From the NCBI GenBank assembly GCA_051942205.1, contig JAVECO010000048.1, forward strand, positions 62,001-126,000: 64,000 bases of DNA, given 5' to 3'. A program made the position numbers and the translations under genes. Numbering within the stretch: position 1 is the stretch's first letter; each line of letters begins with the position of its first letter. The notes under the pieces were generated by a model. That model was not told the origin of the DNA. It saw only the letters and a list, made by a program, of their open reading frames with translations, and ran no database searches. Below are positions 11,662-23,949 of this stretch, in pieces. Source of the stretch: Coniocarpon cinnabarinum (Eukaryota).

Positions 11662-12593
11662 ATGGCTTCTAGAGTCCCCGATGCGTGGGACGACGATTAT
11701 GAAACTGTCGCCGACGTCAGTCTCCATCCTTGTCCTCACGTATACAGCGCAAGTACTAACGTTACACATAGTCAAAGCCGGATCCAACACCCGCCGAAGT
11801 CAGCAAGCCCACCCGTGCCCAACGCAAAGCGCAACATGCCGCCTCCCAAAAAGCCCTCTGGGACTCCGCCGAGAACCAAAACAGCTTACCCTTCTTCATA
11901 CATGCCAACGGGAGTGAACCCCCACTGAAGACGAATCACAAGGGAATGGTCCAGGTTCTGAGTCGGAAGCCCAAGGAAGCACAAAAGAAGACAGGCGGCC
12001 CGCCACTTCTCATACGCAGAAGTGAGAATGAGCCCGGCACTGGCCCAGAGAACGGCGTGAACGGGATAAGCCTGGCACAAAACTCGGCAGAGCCACAGCA
12101 ACAGCAGGAAGAAGAAGAACTAGATTCAGAAGACGAAGCACGCCTCGAGCAAGAACGCACACTGAAGCAACGTCAAGAGCGCGCACGTCTGGACCGCGAA
12201 CAAAAGCTGCGCAAGTACGAAGAGACGCGGCGTCGAATCTTCGGGAACGACAACGGCGAGGCGAATCCCGATAAATCGGCCGCGAGTCCCAACGGGCGAA
12301 GTCGCGGGGGCGGCAATGGGAATCGAGGCGCTCGCGGCGGTGGCAGTGGTGGATCGAGGAATAACTCACGGCCGACGAGTGCGGCGCAGTCCCCGGCAAG
12401 GACTTCCGCTGCGCTGGGTCATGGGAGACTCTTTGACCCGGATGCGTTTTGCAGGCCTACGAATGGTGTGGTGCAGAGGGGTGCATTGCAGAGCCAAGTT
12501 GAGGCGCAGACCTTTCGACAGCCGAGAGGGCCGGATGGGAGTGGGAGGGGTTTTGCGGGTATGCGGAATGATGTCGCAGGCGCTGCGCCTTGA
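11662..12593 (+). CDS. SUZ / SUZ-C domain RNA-binding protein (SZRD1-like)
   Basis: VPDAWDDD N-terminus, intron 11716-11771, REQKLRKYEETRRRIFG (SUZ) and C-terminal RQPRGPDGSGRGF (SUZ-C). Confidence 0.85.
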
Positions 12594-13409
12594 TGGATCT
12601 GATTGCTGTTTGATGCGACAACGGCATAGAGCAATCAGCAAGAGCTCACATCTGGGACGATATGGCCACTATCGTCACCAGACGAAAATAATGATGTTGA
12701 TGGACTCGACAACTGTTCAACATACGAAAGCCCCGAATAGGGCGACTCTTGCTTACACTTGAGAATGATTGTGTTGCCCAAACCATTGGGTTCAGAAGAT
12801 GCTGATGATTTGCGAGCTACTCGACACTACGATGGTCACTGACCGAACCAGGACCGGCGTCCGTTGGAAACGATGAAGGCTTCAGAGTCCGCGTCAAAAA
12901 GTGTCAACAGTTGGAATGAAGTAATGTCAGACGCTGAGGCTTAGATGCAGGCCGAAGCACTCCGAAATCGATCCCTCGAGCCTCGATACGAGGCTATTGA
13001 GAGCAATCTGCGAGTGCGAAAGCGTAGGTAGAATGGGAATTCGGAGCATTTGAAGACCGTGATGGGCTGTGAAGCCGCCGGATTCGTAGCAGGCATAGGA
13101 CTTTGTTAGCGCACGGTCGGTCTGCGAGCAGCTCATCAAAAAGGTTAGTTCGCTGTTACGAAGACTTAGGTGGCAAGATGGAGTCGATACGAGCTGGAGA
13201 TAAGTGGTGCCGGCAGATAGCAGCTGCGGTACTGGCAATTCGGTCTTGTGGAGGCGTATGTCCCTGCTTGATTATGTTGTAGTAGAAATTTCAACATACG
13301 TTTGGGGCTGTTTGGCGCACTTGCTATCAAATAGCATATATGCTTCTTGAATCCCGCCAACAAATGCTCTATCATACACTCCACCAAATCTCAACTCTCC
13401 AAATCACTA

Positions 13410-14570
13410 TCACTCCTTCTTCTCCTCAGTCTTCCCCTCCTCCTTTTCCTTTCCCTCTCCATCGCCCTCCAAATCTCTCCGCCGGCCCTCCATAGTGGTC
13501 CAAAGAATCCTCCCCGCCCCTTCCAAACCACTTACAAGTCCCATTCCAACCCCTTGCAACATGCCCACAACCTCACTTCTCAACCCTTCAAGTCCTCCCC
13601 TCGCCGCTAGCCCACCCAAATTTCTGACCCCTTCGAAGTCCATGACCCTCGTCTTCCCGTTCATCGTTTCGTCGACGCGCGCTCCCAGTAATAATAATTT
13701 AGGCAGCCCGGCTTGGACCTCGTTCTCATACAACGTCGGTTGTTCCCTTCGTCGAGGCGCTGGGAAAGCTGGTCCCTTCGGTTGCAAAATCGAGAGCACC
13801 GTTGCTAATTGCGTAACTGAGACTTGTGGAAACGTAACCAGTGCCACGGGCCCCACGAGCAAAGGCTCCAGCGTCGTCCTCTTCTTCACGACTTTCTGCC
13901 GTCTCCGATCCCAAAACCGCCCGGCGCGGTGCGCCTCTTCACTCAGGATATGCTTCGGCTTCTCGCCTTCTTTTGCTCCACCGGGACCAAAAAGGGGCAG
14001 GTAATGCTCCACGACTCTCAGGGCCTCCGCGAACACCGCTCCTCTTACAACCACAATCCGCGGTTTCAAACCCGCATCCAGCGCTTTTAGATCAGCGTCG
14101 TTTTTCTGCGCGGACTTGCGCAGTGCAAGATCCAGTTCGCGGCGAATGGCTGTCCATTCTTGCATTTTGAGGTTGTTATGCTGGAAGAGGAGCATGAGCG
14201 GGGTCGTGCGCAGGATTGAAGCATATTGTCGTAGTATCTGCGATTTGCGGTCTATGATCGGCTTATGCGCGGGTGGCTGGAGGGGGTGATGGAGCTGCAC
14301 CGGGGTTGAGATGGGTTGAGTGGTTGCGGCTGCGGAGTTGGGATTGGCATTGGGAGGGTGTGTGGTTTGTTGCCCAAGGAGTTCCGGGGGAATGGGCGGC
14401 GGTTGGGTCGAGGTTACGGAAGGCGTGGTGAGTGATCTGTGAGGGAGGCGTAGTGGTCTTGCGTGCCTGTCGTGGTTTGTGAGGGATGTGAGGTGTGTGT
14501 GTCTTGTTTGTTGGTGGAGGGTGGAATTGAGGAATGGTGAGTGCCGTAACAGGCGCTGCGATGGCCGCAT
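13410..14570 (-). CDS. Mitochondrial ribosomal protein uL10m (L10-like)
   Basis: Arg/Ser/His-rich presequence MRPSQRLLRH, then RKSQILRQYASILRTTPLMLLFQHNNL, LLVGPVALVTFP and LLLLGARVD. Confidence 0.85.
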   Translation of the reverse strand: MRPSQRLLRHSPFLNSTLHQQTRHTHLTSLTNHDRHARPLRLPHRSLTTPSVTSTQPPPIPPELLGQQTTHPPNANPNSAAATTQPISTPVQLHHPLQPPAHKPIIDRKSQILRQYASILRTTPLMLLFQHNNLKMQEWTAIRRELDLALRKSAQKNDADLKALDAGLKPRIVVVRGAVFAEALRVVEHYLPLFGPGGAKEGEKPKHILSEEAHRAGRFWDRRRQKVVKKRTTLEPLLVGPVALVTFPQVSVTQLATVLSILQPKGPAFPAPRRREQPTLYENEVQAGLPKLLLLGARVDETMNGKTRVMDFEGVRNLGGLAARGGLEGLRSEVVGMLQGVGMGLVSGLEGAGRILWTTMEGRRRDLEGDGEGKEKEEGKTEEKKE

Positions 14571-15054
14571 GATGCTGTGATATCGATCAAGTCGATTACA
14601 TACACAAGGGCATCTGTAAGAGCTCATCGTCAACTTCGGATTGCGGTTTGAAGTCAGGAGTCTAGTCGGTGCATTGGCTCACTCATCGCGATTCGTGGTG
14701 GAGCTTGGACTGCACGGGCTAGACATCTAGGCAGGGTCTGATTTGTGAATTTCAACGACACAAATTTGACCAACTGCAAGGACAGCTGGAGCCAAACACA
14801 CGATCGCCATCATGGATGTATCCTGCAAGACTTTGCATTTGGCGCACTGACTGGCGCTATTTGCAATTCGCGTTGTTGCTATGTCATCCGGTCGCAGTCG
14901 TTTCACATGCGAGATACGATCTATTCCCTTGTTCCCTAGTCCCTCGACGCCGTCGCTATGCATCTCCACTAATCTAGCCCCAAGCCATTACCCTTTCATG
15001 TATTCATGTGCGCGCTTCCTTCTGCACGCCAGCTAAGCAATAATCTTGTTCTTG

Positions 15055-18000
15055 TTATGGTGTTTCCCCTCTACTTCCACTTCCTCTTCCACTGCTGGCG
15101 TGACTCGTAGCTCCGCTCCTGCTTCGGCTGTGGCCGTGCGTTCCTTTGCTCGTGTACGATCTTCTCACACTCGCTCCCCATGCTGATTGATCAAAAGCGC
15201 TCAATACATCTTGAGCACTGACATTGCTGTTCGACCTGCTGCGGTCATGGCCAGTGGACGACGCGCCATTTCTTGAACCAGCTCTTGCTCGAGCATGTTC
15301 CACACTTAGACTACGAGCATGGACTGAATCTTGACTAGGCAAATCCGATCCCAATGCTGCGCCGACAAATGACCTATTTGACGAGTCATCCGTGCCCGGT
15401 GGATCACTCGCGCGAGACTTTGGACTTGGAATCGAGCGCCGACTGCCTCGCCGATTGGTTGTTGGACTGGCGCTTGATCCTGATCGCGATCTCCCGTGCG
15501 CAGCCAGGGGAGAGATTTGAATGGAATCTGATCTCTTTCTGAGGCCTGTGTTGCTGGTCTCAGACGCATACCCAGATGCTTCGCCAAGCGTGTCGAAGTC
15601 ATTCGAAGGAACGGCAGGACCTTGTGAACCACCTGGTATATCGAGCTGCAATGCTGGCCGTTGTTTGCCCGTTGGAGTCTTGGAACCCGATCCGGGCGTG
15701 TTCGGACTACTGGAAATTTCCTCGTCTTCGACGAAAATCTCAGGAACTTTCAGTGAGGGCAACTCCGTCAGGCGCGCCGATCGCTTTTTCCAGGTATGTT
15801 CCTTGAACTTGCGTCGGTAGTAAACTGTATCGAAGAAACCCTTGACAATGTCTCGTCGGACCGCCTCTTCCACCCGTTGGATTCGAGCGCGTCGTCTGAG
15901 AAACTCTTCAAGACGCAGAGACTTATTGTCGTTGATGACTTTGTAATGTGCCAAGACCATCAACAGAGACGTGAAGTTGATTCCTCGATCAGAATCAGCG
16001 GACACCATAACTTCTTCGTAGAAAACCCTCATGCGCTGTCGACGGGCTCTGATTTGGTCAACCGGCATTTGGTCAAGCTTCCGGTTCATTGCCGTAACAT
16101 CCATGTCTGTAGGTGCAGCAAACATGGATTCATCACCGAATCGATGCCGGGCGCTAAAACGATTCGTTCCGCACGCCGTCTTGAAACTGCCCACGCTGAA
16201 TTCCTCAGGATAGATGCGCATCTCGAAGACTCCTGACAGTTCACCTAGAAGCCGTGGAAATGACTCTTTGGAGATCCAGCCGGTGCCATTGGGATCGAAC
16301 TCAGCCCACGCCTGCTTGAAACGTCGAATCTCCCTTCGGCTTATGACCGAGAGGCCACTGCTGCGCTGGTAGACGTACGAAAAGCTCTCGTAGATCAGGG
16401 AGACGAACATGTTGACAAATATGTACATACTGAGGATGTTCCAAAGGATAAACAGTGCTCGAGCCCAGGAGGTGCTGCCGCAGTCGCCGTTGAGGAAGTC
16501 GTCTGCGGTCGTACAAAATGGAGGATTGATACCAGCGTAATCTTCCATGAGCTGGTCCCAGCCTTCTCCTGAACTGCATCGGAAGAGCACAATGAGCGCT
16601 TTGGGTACATCTCGAAAGTTGACGTTGTCAGTCTCATTAGAGCCGAAGCGAGTCAAGCCGAAGGTCTGCGTGAAAGCGATTGCGAAGGCCAGATAAAGTA
16701 CGAACCAAGTGGCCAATAGATTGCCTATCGCTGCCAAACTCGCTGCTGCTGTCTTGAACAACTGATCCAGCTGATTGTTTCGGGGAATGATGAGCAGCAC
16801 AACAGACACCAGAAATAGTTTGTGCAATTGTTGGTAGACTCGTTGATTGAAGTTCGACAGCAAGATGAGCGTCGTGATGAATGTCCCGCCAATCGCGAAG
16901 ATCGAAAAGAGGTCCCATGAGCTCTTTCGAAACCGAGTCCAAGTCAGACCGACGATTCGAACAATGATGTTCACAATGTAAAACATTGTTAGGGCAAGAA
17001 AAACGAAGTCTCGCGTTCGTTCATACCAGAAAGGTTCTGGATAGGACTCGGAACATAGTACGATCAGATGGAAGACCAATACTATCGTGTATGCTCTCTG
17101 CCATCGTCCAGTCTTTCTTGTGGCCCTGAGATAGCACCATTGTTTCCACGTGGCTCGTTGATGCGCTGGAGGCGGCCGCTTCGAAGGCGATACTTGTCTG
17201 AGGATCTTTCTGAGCTCAAGCCATGACCGCTGGTCCGTAGTGAGGAAGGCAACTCCTGTCTGCTCCGTGTAATTTCGCATGAAGACTGAGACAAACAGCG
17301 TCAAGACGAACACGGCCCCCAGCAAGTTGAACATGACAAAGAACACAGCATTACCTTGAGCATGGAAATTCTGAAGTTGTTGACCGGGACCCACGATGGA
17401 CACCGCTCGCCACATGACATCAACCCAGCCTTCCTGTGAGACAATCTGAAACAGCGTGAAGAGTGATGCTCCAAACGTATCGAAATTAAACCAGTCATTT
17501 GTTACTTGCCGAGGGGCCAGGACATCCCAATTATTTGGCGAGGACATGTATTCGTTGACACAGTCATTGAGGGACGAGATGGGGGCATTCTGGTCGTTGC
17601 AAGATGACATCTGTCCATAGAACAAGTTGAGTCCGTAGATAGCGAATGGTATCAGTAGACTGAGTGAGACGAAAGCAGCGGACACGACTTTCCATCCGCC
17701 ACGGACAATGACAGAGTGGAAATGATCGCGAGCGCTGTCACTGATGTTGAGCAGGCGAAGCGCACGTAAAGCTTTGAAAGCACCAACCGCTCTTGAGACT
17801 GCACCCTGATTGTAAAGCGATGTCATGACATTGATCCACAGAGTGACGAGCACAACGCCGTCAATGAAACCCCAGGCGCTGCGAAAGTACGCATTCGGGG
17901 TCCAGAAGAACCCGTCTGCGATCACGCGAATGATGGCCTCGACCGAGAATAGGATGGCGAACCCCATGTCGGTAAAGACGAACCAATTCCGGATGCTGTA

Positions 18001-21000
18001 ATGATGTTCGTCCCAATATTGTTTTTGATAGAGAGGAGTGGTGACACAGGCCAACAGGACCATCGCGACAATCGCAGCATACAGAATAGCTGAGAAAGCG
18101 TACCAAATAATGGGTGACGGTGGTGATCCTTCCGCGCGGTCTCTTCCACGGCCCGGACCGACAATCTTTTGGCAGAATCGTCGGATGGGATTGTAAGGAT
18201 CAAATATGAACAAGGCTTTGTTGTAGGTCGGATATTTCGTTAGGTATTCTCGTTGCGCAAGCTTGCGCCTTTCCGCAGCTGAGACAGCCTCTTTTGCCAT
18301 AGTTCGAGCATCTTGATCCTCATAAGCTCTTGAGAGTTTAAAATTGGAATGAAAAGGATTTGGCTCGCGATCCCAAATTTTGGCCTGGATCCTCTGCCAC
18401 ATTCGTGTCGATTTTAGGGCTGAGCGGACATCCATCTTCGGTGGCTGTTTCATGGCGCTTCGTCGGCGGTCATCATTGCCGTTCGCATGGCCATTGACTT
18501 GTTCCCTCTCGGATACATCTTCCGGAGTTTCATCGAGGAAGTCCCTCACAACAGCATCTTTGAGTAGCATCTCTGTCATCGCAGGACCATAATCAAGCGG
18601 ATCCTGTTGCTTTCCAGTGAGCGTTCGGAATTTGAACATCGCTGCAAGTGATAGTGTTCCATTCGAAGAGCCACCAAGCTCTTTCTGCTCCAGGAAAGCC
18701 TTGACCTGCTGAAGCCGTTTCTCATCCTCTGAGACGTCAAAATTCTCTTGAATGACCGCAATAAACATACTTAATACAATGAAGAATCCAAGGATGAACC
18801 ACAGAATAAAAAAAATGGCGCCGATCCATGCAGTGTTCCATCCCACGTCGTTACTCGTCACATTGTACAGGATCGTCGTCCAGTTTTCGCTAGAAAAGAT
18901 TTGATACATCCCGAGGAAGGAGTTAAATATGGTATCAAACGTAATTTCGATTTGACTGCCATCGTCTTGAGTTTGCGGCACTTCACCGCGAAACAGCTGA
19001 GACGCCAGGACAGCCACGAGAAAGGTAAGGAGAAATACGAAGAGAATCAAGTTAAGAAAACCAGATGTCTTCCCTAGTACAAGCATGATCAAATCTCTCG
19101 TCCACGGAATCGCTAAGACGACCCTGTAAATCCGCAGGATTTGAAAGATTGTGAGCCAGGCATAGGGAGTGCCGGAGTTGTGAATTGGTGGTAGCTGGAT
19201 GATGGTTGTGATGACGGCAAGTCCAAGGTCAATGACATTTCGTGGGCTTTTGAAAAAGTGCCTCCAGTCAACGGCAAGACGAGCTAGAATTTCAAAAAGC
19301 AGGAGCAAGGTGACGACCGTCTCCGAGACATCGATGAAGCGAGCTCGTGACTGGTGCATTGTTGACGAGCGCAAACATTGACAGATGATTCCGTACGCAA
19401 TGACAATGACCCAGAGCAGACGCGTACGATGATATACAATCTTGCCATGGTTCGGTCGAGGTCGAGAGTATTCTACTTCTTCCTCTTCTTTTTCAACTTC
19501 GGCGCCAGGATGTTGCTCTTGGTCTGTAGAGAACGCACTGACCTGGCTTTCTTCTCTGATGACCTGGAATGACGAAGTGATGACAGCTATGAGCAAGTTC
19601 ATCAGCCAGAAAGTCAGAATGACGAGGCCCAAAGCAAAGAAAAGCGCCGCAATGAGATAGTCGCTGTCCGCAATATAATACATGATGTCGGTAAAAGTGT
19701 TGGAAGTAATGATGACAAAAACCAGCTCCAAGGATTGGAAGATATTGTCAAAGCTAACAGTACCATTGAAAGGGTTCTGGTCGGAAACACAGAATGATTG
19801 TGTTGGGCATAGGTAGCCTTTGCGATCATTGGAGCTGATACCATTGCTGTCCATCCAAGGAAGTGGATTGCCATAGTCGTCGAGCGAGCCGCCACAGAAC
19901 TGAAAGGTGCCATACGAGTTGGTGGTGTAATTCGGTTGTTGGCCCGTCGGATCCACCCAAACACAATTTCGTCGAAGACTAGACTTGAAGCTCTGCACAC
20001 CAACAATAGCAAAGAGGAGCCAGAAGAAGCTGATCAAAAGCGCTACGTTTAGAAGCATAGGAGCCGCCTTCTTAAGGCTCCTAAGGATGATGGACGTGCC
20101 GCTTGTCAAGCTCAGCAGCCTCAGGATCCGTAAGCAGCCGAGCATTCGAAAAATGTGAACGTGATGTTGTTCTTCGAGTCCAGATATGGCAAGCAAAAAA
20201 TTGACCCAGTAGCAAACGACGGCCACAAAGTCCAGCCGATTGAACGAGTGCCGAAGAAATGCCCGGTGGGCTAGTCTGACCCTTGAGGCATGGCGACTGT
20301 CTGATGCGAAATTTGCTGCCATTGGCTGTCCCGTGAAGGTCCGAAGAATGGAGGCTTGGACTGGCTCAGGCTTCGTTTGACGTTCCTTGTGGGATTGGTG
20401 GTCGTGCTCCACAGCAAAGAGCGTGTGTGCCTTGGCTGATATCGCTTCCTTCCAGCCAATTTGCCGATTTATGGTGCTATATTCTACCGGATTGATGAAA
20501 AAACCGGATACAATGCATCGGAATACAATCTCCACAGTGTAGATCACGAAGAGGCAGAGCAGCGTCCAGTCGATCCAAGAATTCTTCCAATCCAGAGGAT
20601 TTGGGTCGTTCTGCGCATTTGGTGCCGCCTCCACAGCAAGCAGGACGGTCTGGAGCAGTACTAGAACTAAGATTGCGGGTTCCGTCACCGGATGCGTCAT
20701 GAAGTCGCACAGTGTTGTCCTGATTCGATTATCGGGCGCGAAGATCCCTAAGCTTCGGCCTCGCAATGGATTTGCTAGCTGCACCCAATCACCAGAAGGA
20801 ACTTCGTTGGCGGCCACCTCGGGACGCTTTTCTGAAGGAGCTGGGGACCCGTCGTGTTGCTGAAAAGAGGATGAAGAGCGCTCTTCGTCTTCTTCTCTAC
20901 TACGACGTAGAGAGCTTCGTCTTCGGATCTCTTGTTCCACGACATCTTGCTCGTTGCTCAGATTGACGACGCGTTGCGACACTTTTCGTACTACCGTGGA

Positions 21001-21777
21001 GGCTCGTGTTAAGGGCGACACAGCAGAGGATGGAGAGAGCGATCGTGAGACGGAACTCTTTCGTCTTGACCTGTTGCGTGGTGACACAGACCCTGATTCC
21101 ATTGCAGCCAGGTCATCACCAAGATGAGATGGCTGCGGCGATGTTGTAAGGGTGGCAAATCGCACCGTGTGAGAGGCTAATCGATTATGACGTTGTCCTT
21201 TTGGAGTGGAAGGCGCGGCTCCATCTACTGCTTGAATGTTCCCAGTGTCTGTGAGACGTGCACGATCATCATCGAGTATAGGCGGGGACTCTTCTCCGAT
21301 GTCGTCCAGTGACACGTTTGACAATGAGTACTCGCTGTCGTTGTGGCCGACAATGGTGTTGAGGCCATGGCGATTTGCGGGCAAAGAGCTGGGTTCGAAA
21401 GGATTTGAGGAAGCATGATCGTCGACACGGAGTCCGGCGAACCCCACTGCATTCTGGAATGTGGCTGCGTGTGAAACCATTGGTGTGCCCTCTCCTGCAT
21501 CTGCGTCATCGAGAAACGCGTCCTGATGATGATGCATTGGGTCACCACGCTGAGTCGAAGATACGTTGGAGCGGTCGCTGGGTGAGTCCGCATTGAGAGG
21601 GGAATAGCTGCGGTGTCGCAACCGAGAAGCGCTCGTTGCGAAGAGCATGCGCCCACGCTCGCTCAGCGTCCGGCGATGGGGCTCTTGCCGACCCGCAGAT
21701 GATTCTGGAGGTCGATTGAGATCTTGGAGAGGTATTGACTGCGTTGTTTGGCTTCTGTGGTGTGCGTTGTCCTCCAT
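15055..21777 (-). CDS. CCH1: Four-domain high-affinity Ca2+ channel alpha subunit Cch1
   Basis: 2240-aa single ORF with four 6TM repeats and S4 segments (LRILRLL, LRIYRV, FKALRALRLL). Pore loops TSNTF, SSENW, SQEGW and SGEGW, plus an EF-hand-like DPNGTGWIS. Confidence 0.97.
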   Translation of the reverse strand: MEDNAHHRSQTTQSIPLQDLNRPPESSAGRQEPHRRTLSERGRMLFATSASRLRHRSYSPLNADSPSDRSNVSSTQRGDPMHHHQDAFLDDADAGEGTPMVSHAATFQNAVGFAGLRVDDHASSNPFEPSSLPANRHGLNTIVGHNDSEYSLSNVSLDDIGEESPPILDDDRARLTDTGNIQAVDGAAPSTPKGQRHNRLASHTVRFATLTTSPQPSHLGDDLAAMESGSVSPRNRSRRKSSVSRSLSPSSAVSPLTRASTVVRKVSQRVVNLSNEQDVVEQEIRRRSSLRRSREEDEERSSSSFQQHDGSPAPSEKRPEVAANEVPSGDWVQLANPLRGRSLGIFAPDNRIRTTLCDFMTHPVTEPAILVLVLLQTVLLAVEAAPNAQNDPNPLDWKNSWIDWTLLCLFVIYTVEIVFRCIVSGFFINPVEYSTINRQIGWKEAISAKAHTLFAVEHDHQSHKERQTKPEPVQASILRTFTGQPMAANFASDSRHASRVRLAHRAFLRHSFNRLDFVAVVCYWVNFLLAISGLEEQHHVHIFRMLGCLRILRLLSLTSGTSIILRSLKKAAPMLLNVALLISFFWLLFAIVGVQSFKSSLRRNCVWVDPTGQQPNYTTNSYGTFQFCGGSLDDYGNPLPWMDSNGISSNDRKGYLCPTQSFCVSDQNPFNGTVSFDNIFQSLELVFVIITSNTFTDIMYYIADSDYLIAALFFALGLVILTFWLMNLLIAVITSSFQVIREESQVSAFSTDQEQHPGAEVEKEEEEVEYSRPRPNHGKIVYHRTRLLWVIVIAYGIICQCLRSSTMHQSRARFIDVSETVVTLLLLFEILARLAVDWRHFFKSPRNVIDLGLAVITTIIQLPPIHNSGTPYAWLTIFQILRIYRVVLAIPWTRDLIMLVLGKTSGFLNLILFVFLLTFLVAVLASQLFRGEVPQTQDDGSQIEITFDTIFNSFLGMYQIFSSENWTTILYNVTSNDVGWNTAWIGAIFFILWFILGFFIVLSMFIAVIQENFDVSEDEKRLQQVKAFLEQKELGGSSNGTLSLAAMFKFRTLTGKQQDPLDYGPAMTEMLLKDAVVRDFLDETPEDVSEREQVNGHANGNDDRRRSAMKQPPKMDVRSALKSTRMWQRIQAKIWDREPNPFHSNFKLSRAYEDQDARTMAKEAVSAAERRKLAQREYLTKYPTYNKALFIFDPYNPIRRFCQKIVGPGRGRDRAEGSPPSPIIWYAFSAILYAAIVAMVLLACVTTPLYQKQYWDEHHYSIRNWFVFTDMGFAILFSVEAIIRVIADGFFWTPNAYFRSAWGFIDGVVLVTLWINVMTSLYNQGAVSRAVGAFKALRALRLLNISDSARDHFHSVIVRGGWKVVSAAFVSLSLLIPFAIYGLNLFYGQMSSCNDQNAPISSLNDCVNEYMSSPNNWDVLAPRQVTNDWFNFDTFGASLFTLFQIVSQEGWVDVMWRAVSIVGPGQQLQNFHAQGNAVFFVMFNLLGAVFVLTLFVSVFMRNYTEQTGVAFLTTDQRSWLELRKILRQVSPSKRPPPAHQRATWKQWCYLRATRKTGRWQRAYTIVLVFHLIVLCSESYPEPFWYERTRDFVFLALTMFYIVNIIVRIVGLTWTRFRKSSWDLFSIFAIGGTFITTLILLSNFNQRVYQQLHKLFLVSVVLLIIPRNNQLDQLFKTAAASLAAIGNLLATWFVLYLAFAIAFTQTFGLTRFGSNETDNVNFRDVPKALIVLFRCSSGEGWDQLMEDYAGINPPFCTTADDFLNGDCGSTSWARALFILWNILSMYIFVNMFVSLIYESFSYVYQRSSGLSVISRREIRRFKQAWAEFDPNGTGWISKESFPRLLGELSGVFEMRIYPEEFSVGSFKTACGTNRFSARHRFGDESMFAAPTDMDVTAMNRKLDQMPVDQIRARRQRMRVFYEEVMVSADSDRGINFTSLLMVLAHYKVINDNKSLRLEEFLRRRARIQRVEEAVRRDIVKGFFDTVYYRRKFKEHTWKKRSARLTELPSLKVPEIFVEDEEISSSPNTPGSGSKTPTGKQRPALQLDIPGGSQGPAVPSNDFDTLGEASGYASETSNTGLRKRSDSIQISPLAAHGRSRSGSSASPTTNRRGSRRSIPSPKSRASDPPGTDDSSNRSFVGAALGSDLPSQDSVHARSLSVEHARARAGSRNGASSTGHDRSRSNSNVSAQDVLSAFDQSAWGASVRRSYTSKGTHGHSRSRSGATSHASSGRGSGSRGETP

Positions 21778-23038
21778 GGTAGAACGTTTGAGCGAATGGA
21801 TGAGGCAGGAGCCTCAAAAAAGTTTCTTTCGGAGTCGAAATACTGTTGATGGTCGTTCATTGGCACATGGCGAACAGGGTCTCTGGCGAAAAGGCGTCCA
21901 GTGTTTAGAAACACTGAACAGACACCCGGTGTTATTTCAATCGGATCAAACGAACTTCGGGTCGGTGGGGTAATAGGGATCAGGATGAGGACGAGAGGAT
22001 GAATGAGAAAGGCGCATTAGACTCTGCGACCATTAGGCGGAGCTCAGCTGTGTCAGAGGAATCAGAGCGCAATGCGGAAGCTGGAGGCGGAGGCGTTTGC
22101 GAGAATGCAGCCAGTGACCAAAGGATTGTTGGCAGGAGTTTGAGACGCGTGTAACGACGAAATTCGCTCCCAAAGAAGAAGAGCAGGGTCGATGACGAGT
22201 CAGGATCGTCCCCGGACGCTACTGCGCCTAGAGACTAGCGTTGTAGGGCAGTGTCAAATCGAGGTTACAACACGTGACTATTTCCTCCGGAGAGCATAGA
22301 GTATTGCCGTTGCTAAAATTGCGCGACAGCTGCCAGGCGTGCTGTTCGAATTGACGACATTGGCTTCACCCAAGCACCTATTCGGTTGGACATATGCAGT
22401 GGCACTGCATTGAAGATGCGACAGCAGTCCAAGACGACTAGACGCTGCTTCACGAGATGGTGATCTGAGTGAGCTCTAACGCCCCAAAGACGTGTGAGGA
22501 AGGTGCAGAAGATCGCTATCGCAATCCCGTGACTCTTCTCTACTTTAGGCAATTCTCCTGCTGCTGCCGCGGTTCCGCCTGGTCACTTAAAGGTCCGGGA
22601 TCTGGAAGAGACGCCACACGCTATTCAACAAGATGCCCGTCATTGCTGCCGTGTCGCAATTTGTCTCATTGAAAGCCGTACCTGGCACTCGTTCGCAAGC
22701 TAAGATATAGCCTCCGCCAAGGCAAGTACGACCGCCGCGGGAGGTGAGACTGAAAGCAGGCCACCAAGTACCTCACGGTACGGCCTCGCGACACTGACCC
22801 CGTGTCCCGCCCTCAGATAATGTCTCCCACCATCGGCCATTCTTCACCCTCGTGCTCATTTCTACTGATGCGGACCAATCGCTGTCACTGACTGTCAGAT
22901 GTTGTCTGATGATTCGCCCTGTATAGCCATACACGTAGCTAGCCGAAACGGTATACCATATCTGCGCTGCAACAGACAAAGCCCCAGTCGCTTATACGCA
23001 TTCCACACTCCTTCGCCACGTCACAGCCGAGCAGGATC

Positions 23039-23949
23039 ATGTCACCAACGACCACGGTCACTTTCAACACATTGCCAGCTGAACTCAGGTGTCGCATACT
23101 TGAATTTGTCCTTGAGCCGGGTCCTGTGCACAGTCAATGCGTACTCGGTTTTCGAAATCCGGCGAAGGAGTCCGGGCCCCCAACTGTCTATCTGACTCTT
23201 CCCTTGAGGACCTTGAAGGCTCTTTACCTTTCCAACCCGGCAGGTGTTGGTCGCGGCCGATTCTTGCGCCCCTCTCAGCTGAGGCTTGTGTGTAACATGT
23301 GGAGGGATGAAGTCGACAGCGTCTGGAGCAGGACTCTGGTTACAGTCGGCGTACGTTGTATCTGAAAGCCATTCTCGCTCGAGCAAACTAGTGGAGGCGC
23401 TCTTCTAGGGGCCTGAAGGAGCTGACAACGTGATGCAGACGTGGCTTAGCTTTCTGCAGAATAGGCCGCCCCAACTCTTTGGCGGCGTTATGCGGGTAAA
23501 CTTTCGGCATTGGGCAGATTCCATGTACTGGGAAGACGTGAGTCGTTTGCATTTGGTGTGGTATCAGTCGTGCTGAGGATAGACGCTGACGAACAACGTG
23601 ACAGCTCGCTCACAGAAACCGACTCTTCGCGCGACTGTGGTCTATTCTTGCGGTCTGGAGAGGCGACCTAATCGAATTCCAGTCCATTGCAGGAGGGCAC
23701 ATGCCCTTTCGGGCCTGCTACGAATTCACTGTTGCGTCGTCGCCCCGGATTTCGTACACAGTGCGTAACGGGTTGCCGCAAGAAAAGACAGACGCCGTGG
23801 TCAAGCGCATGGAGCTACGCGTCGCAGATGCGTTCTCGCGATTCGAAGAAGCTGATGGCGAGACGCCTACTAAGATGGTCATGGACGATGATGATGCTGT
23901 GGAATGGAGCAAGCTGCGAGATGACCGGGTATTTCCCTTTGTGCAATGA
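23039..23949 (+). CDS. Hypothetical protein (~251 aa) with an F-box-like N-terminus
   Basis: Starts TFNTLPAELRCRILEFVL. Exons 23039-23350, 23439-23537 and 23605-23949 join in frame through canonical GTACGT/GTGAGT..CTGAC..CAG introns. Confidence 0.7.
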
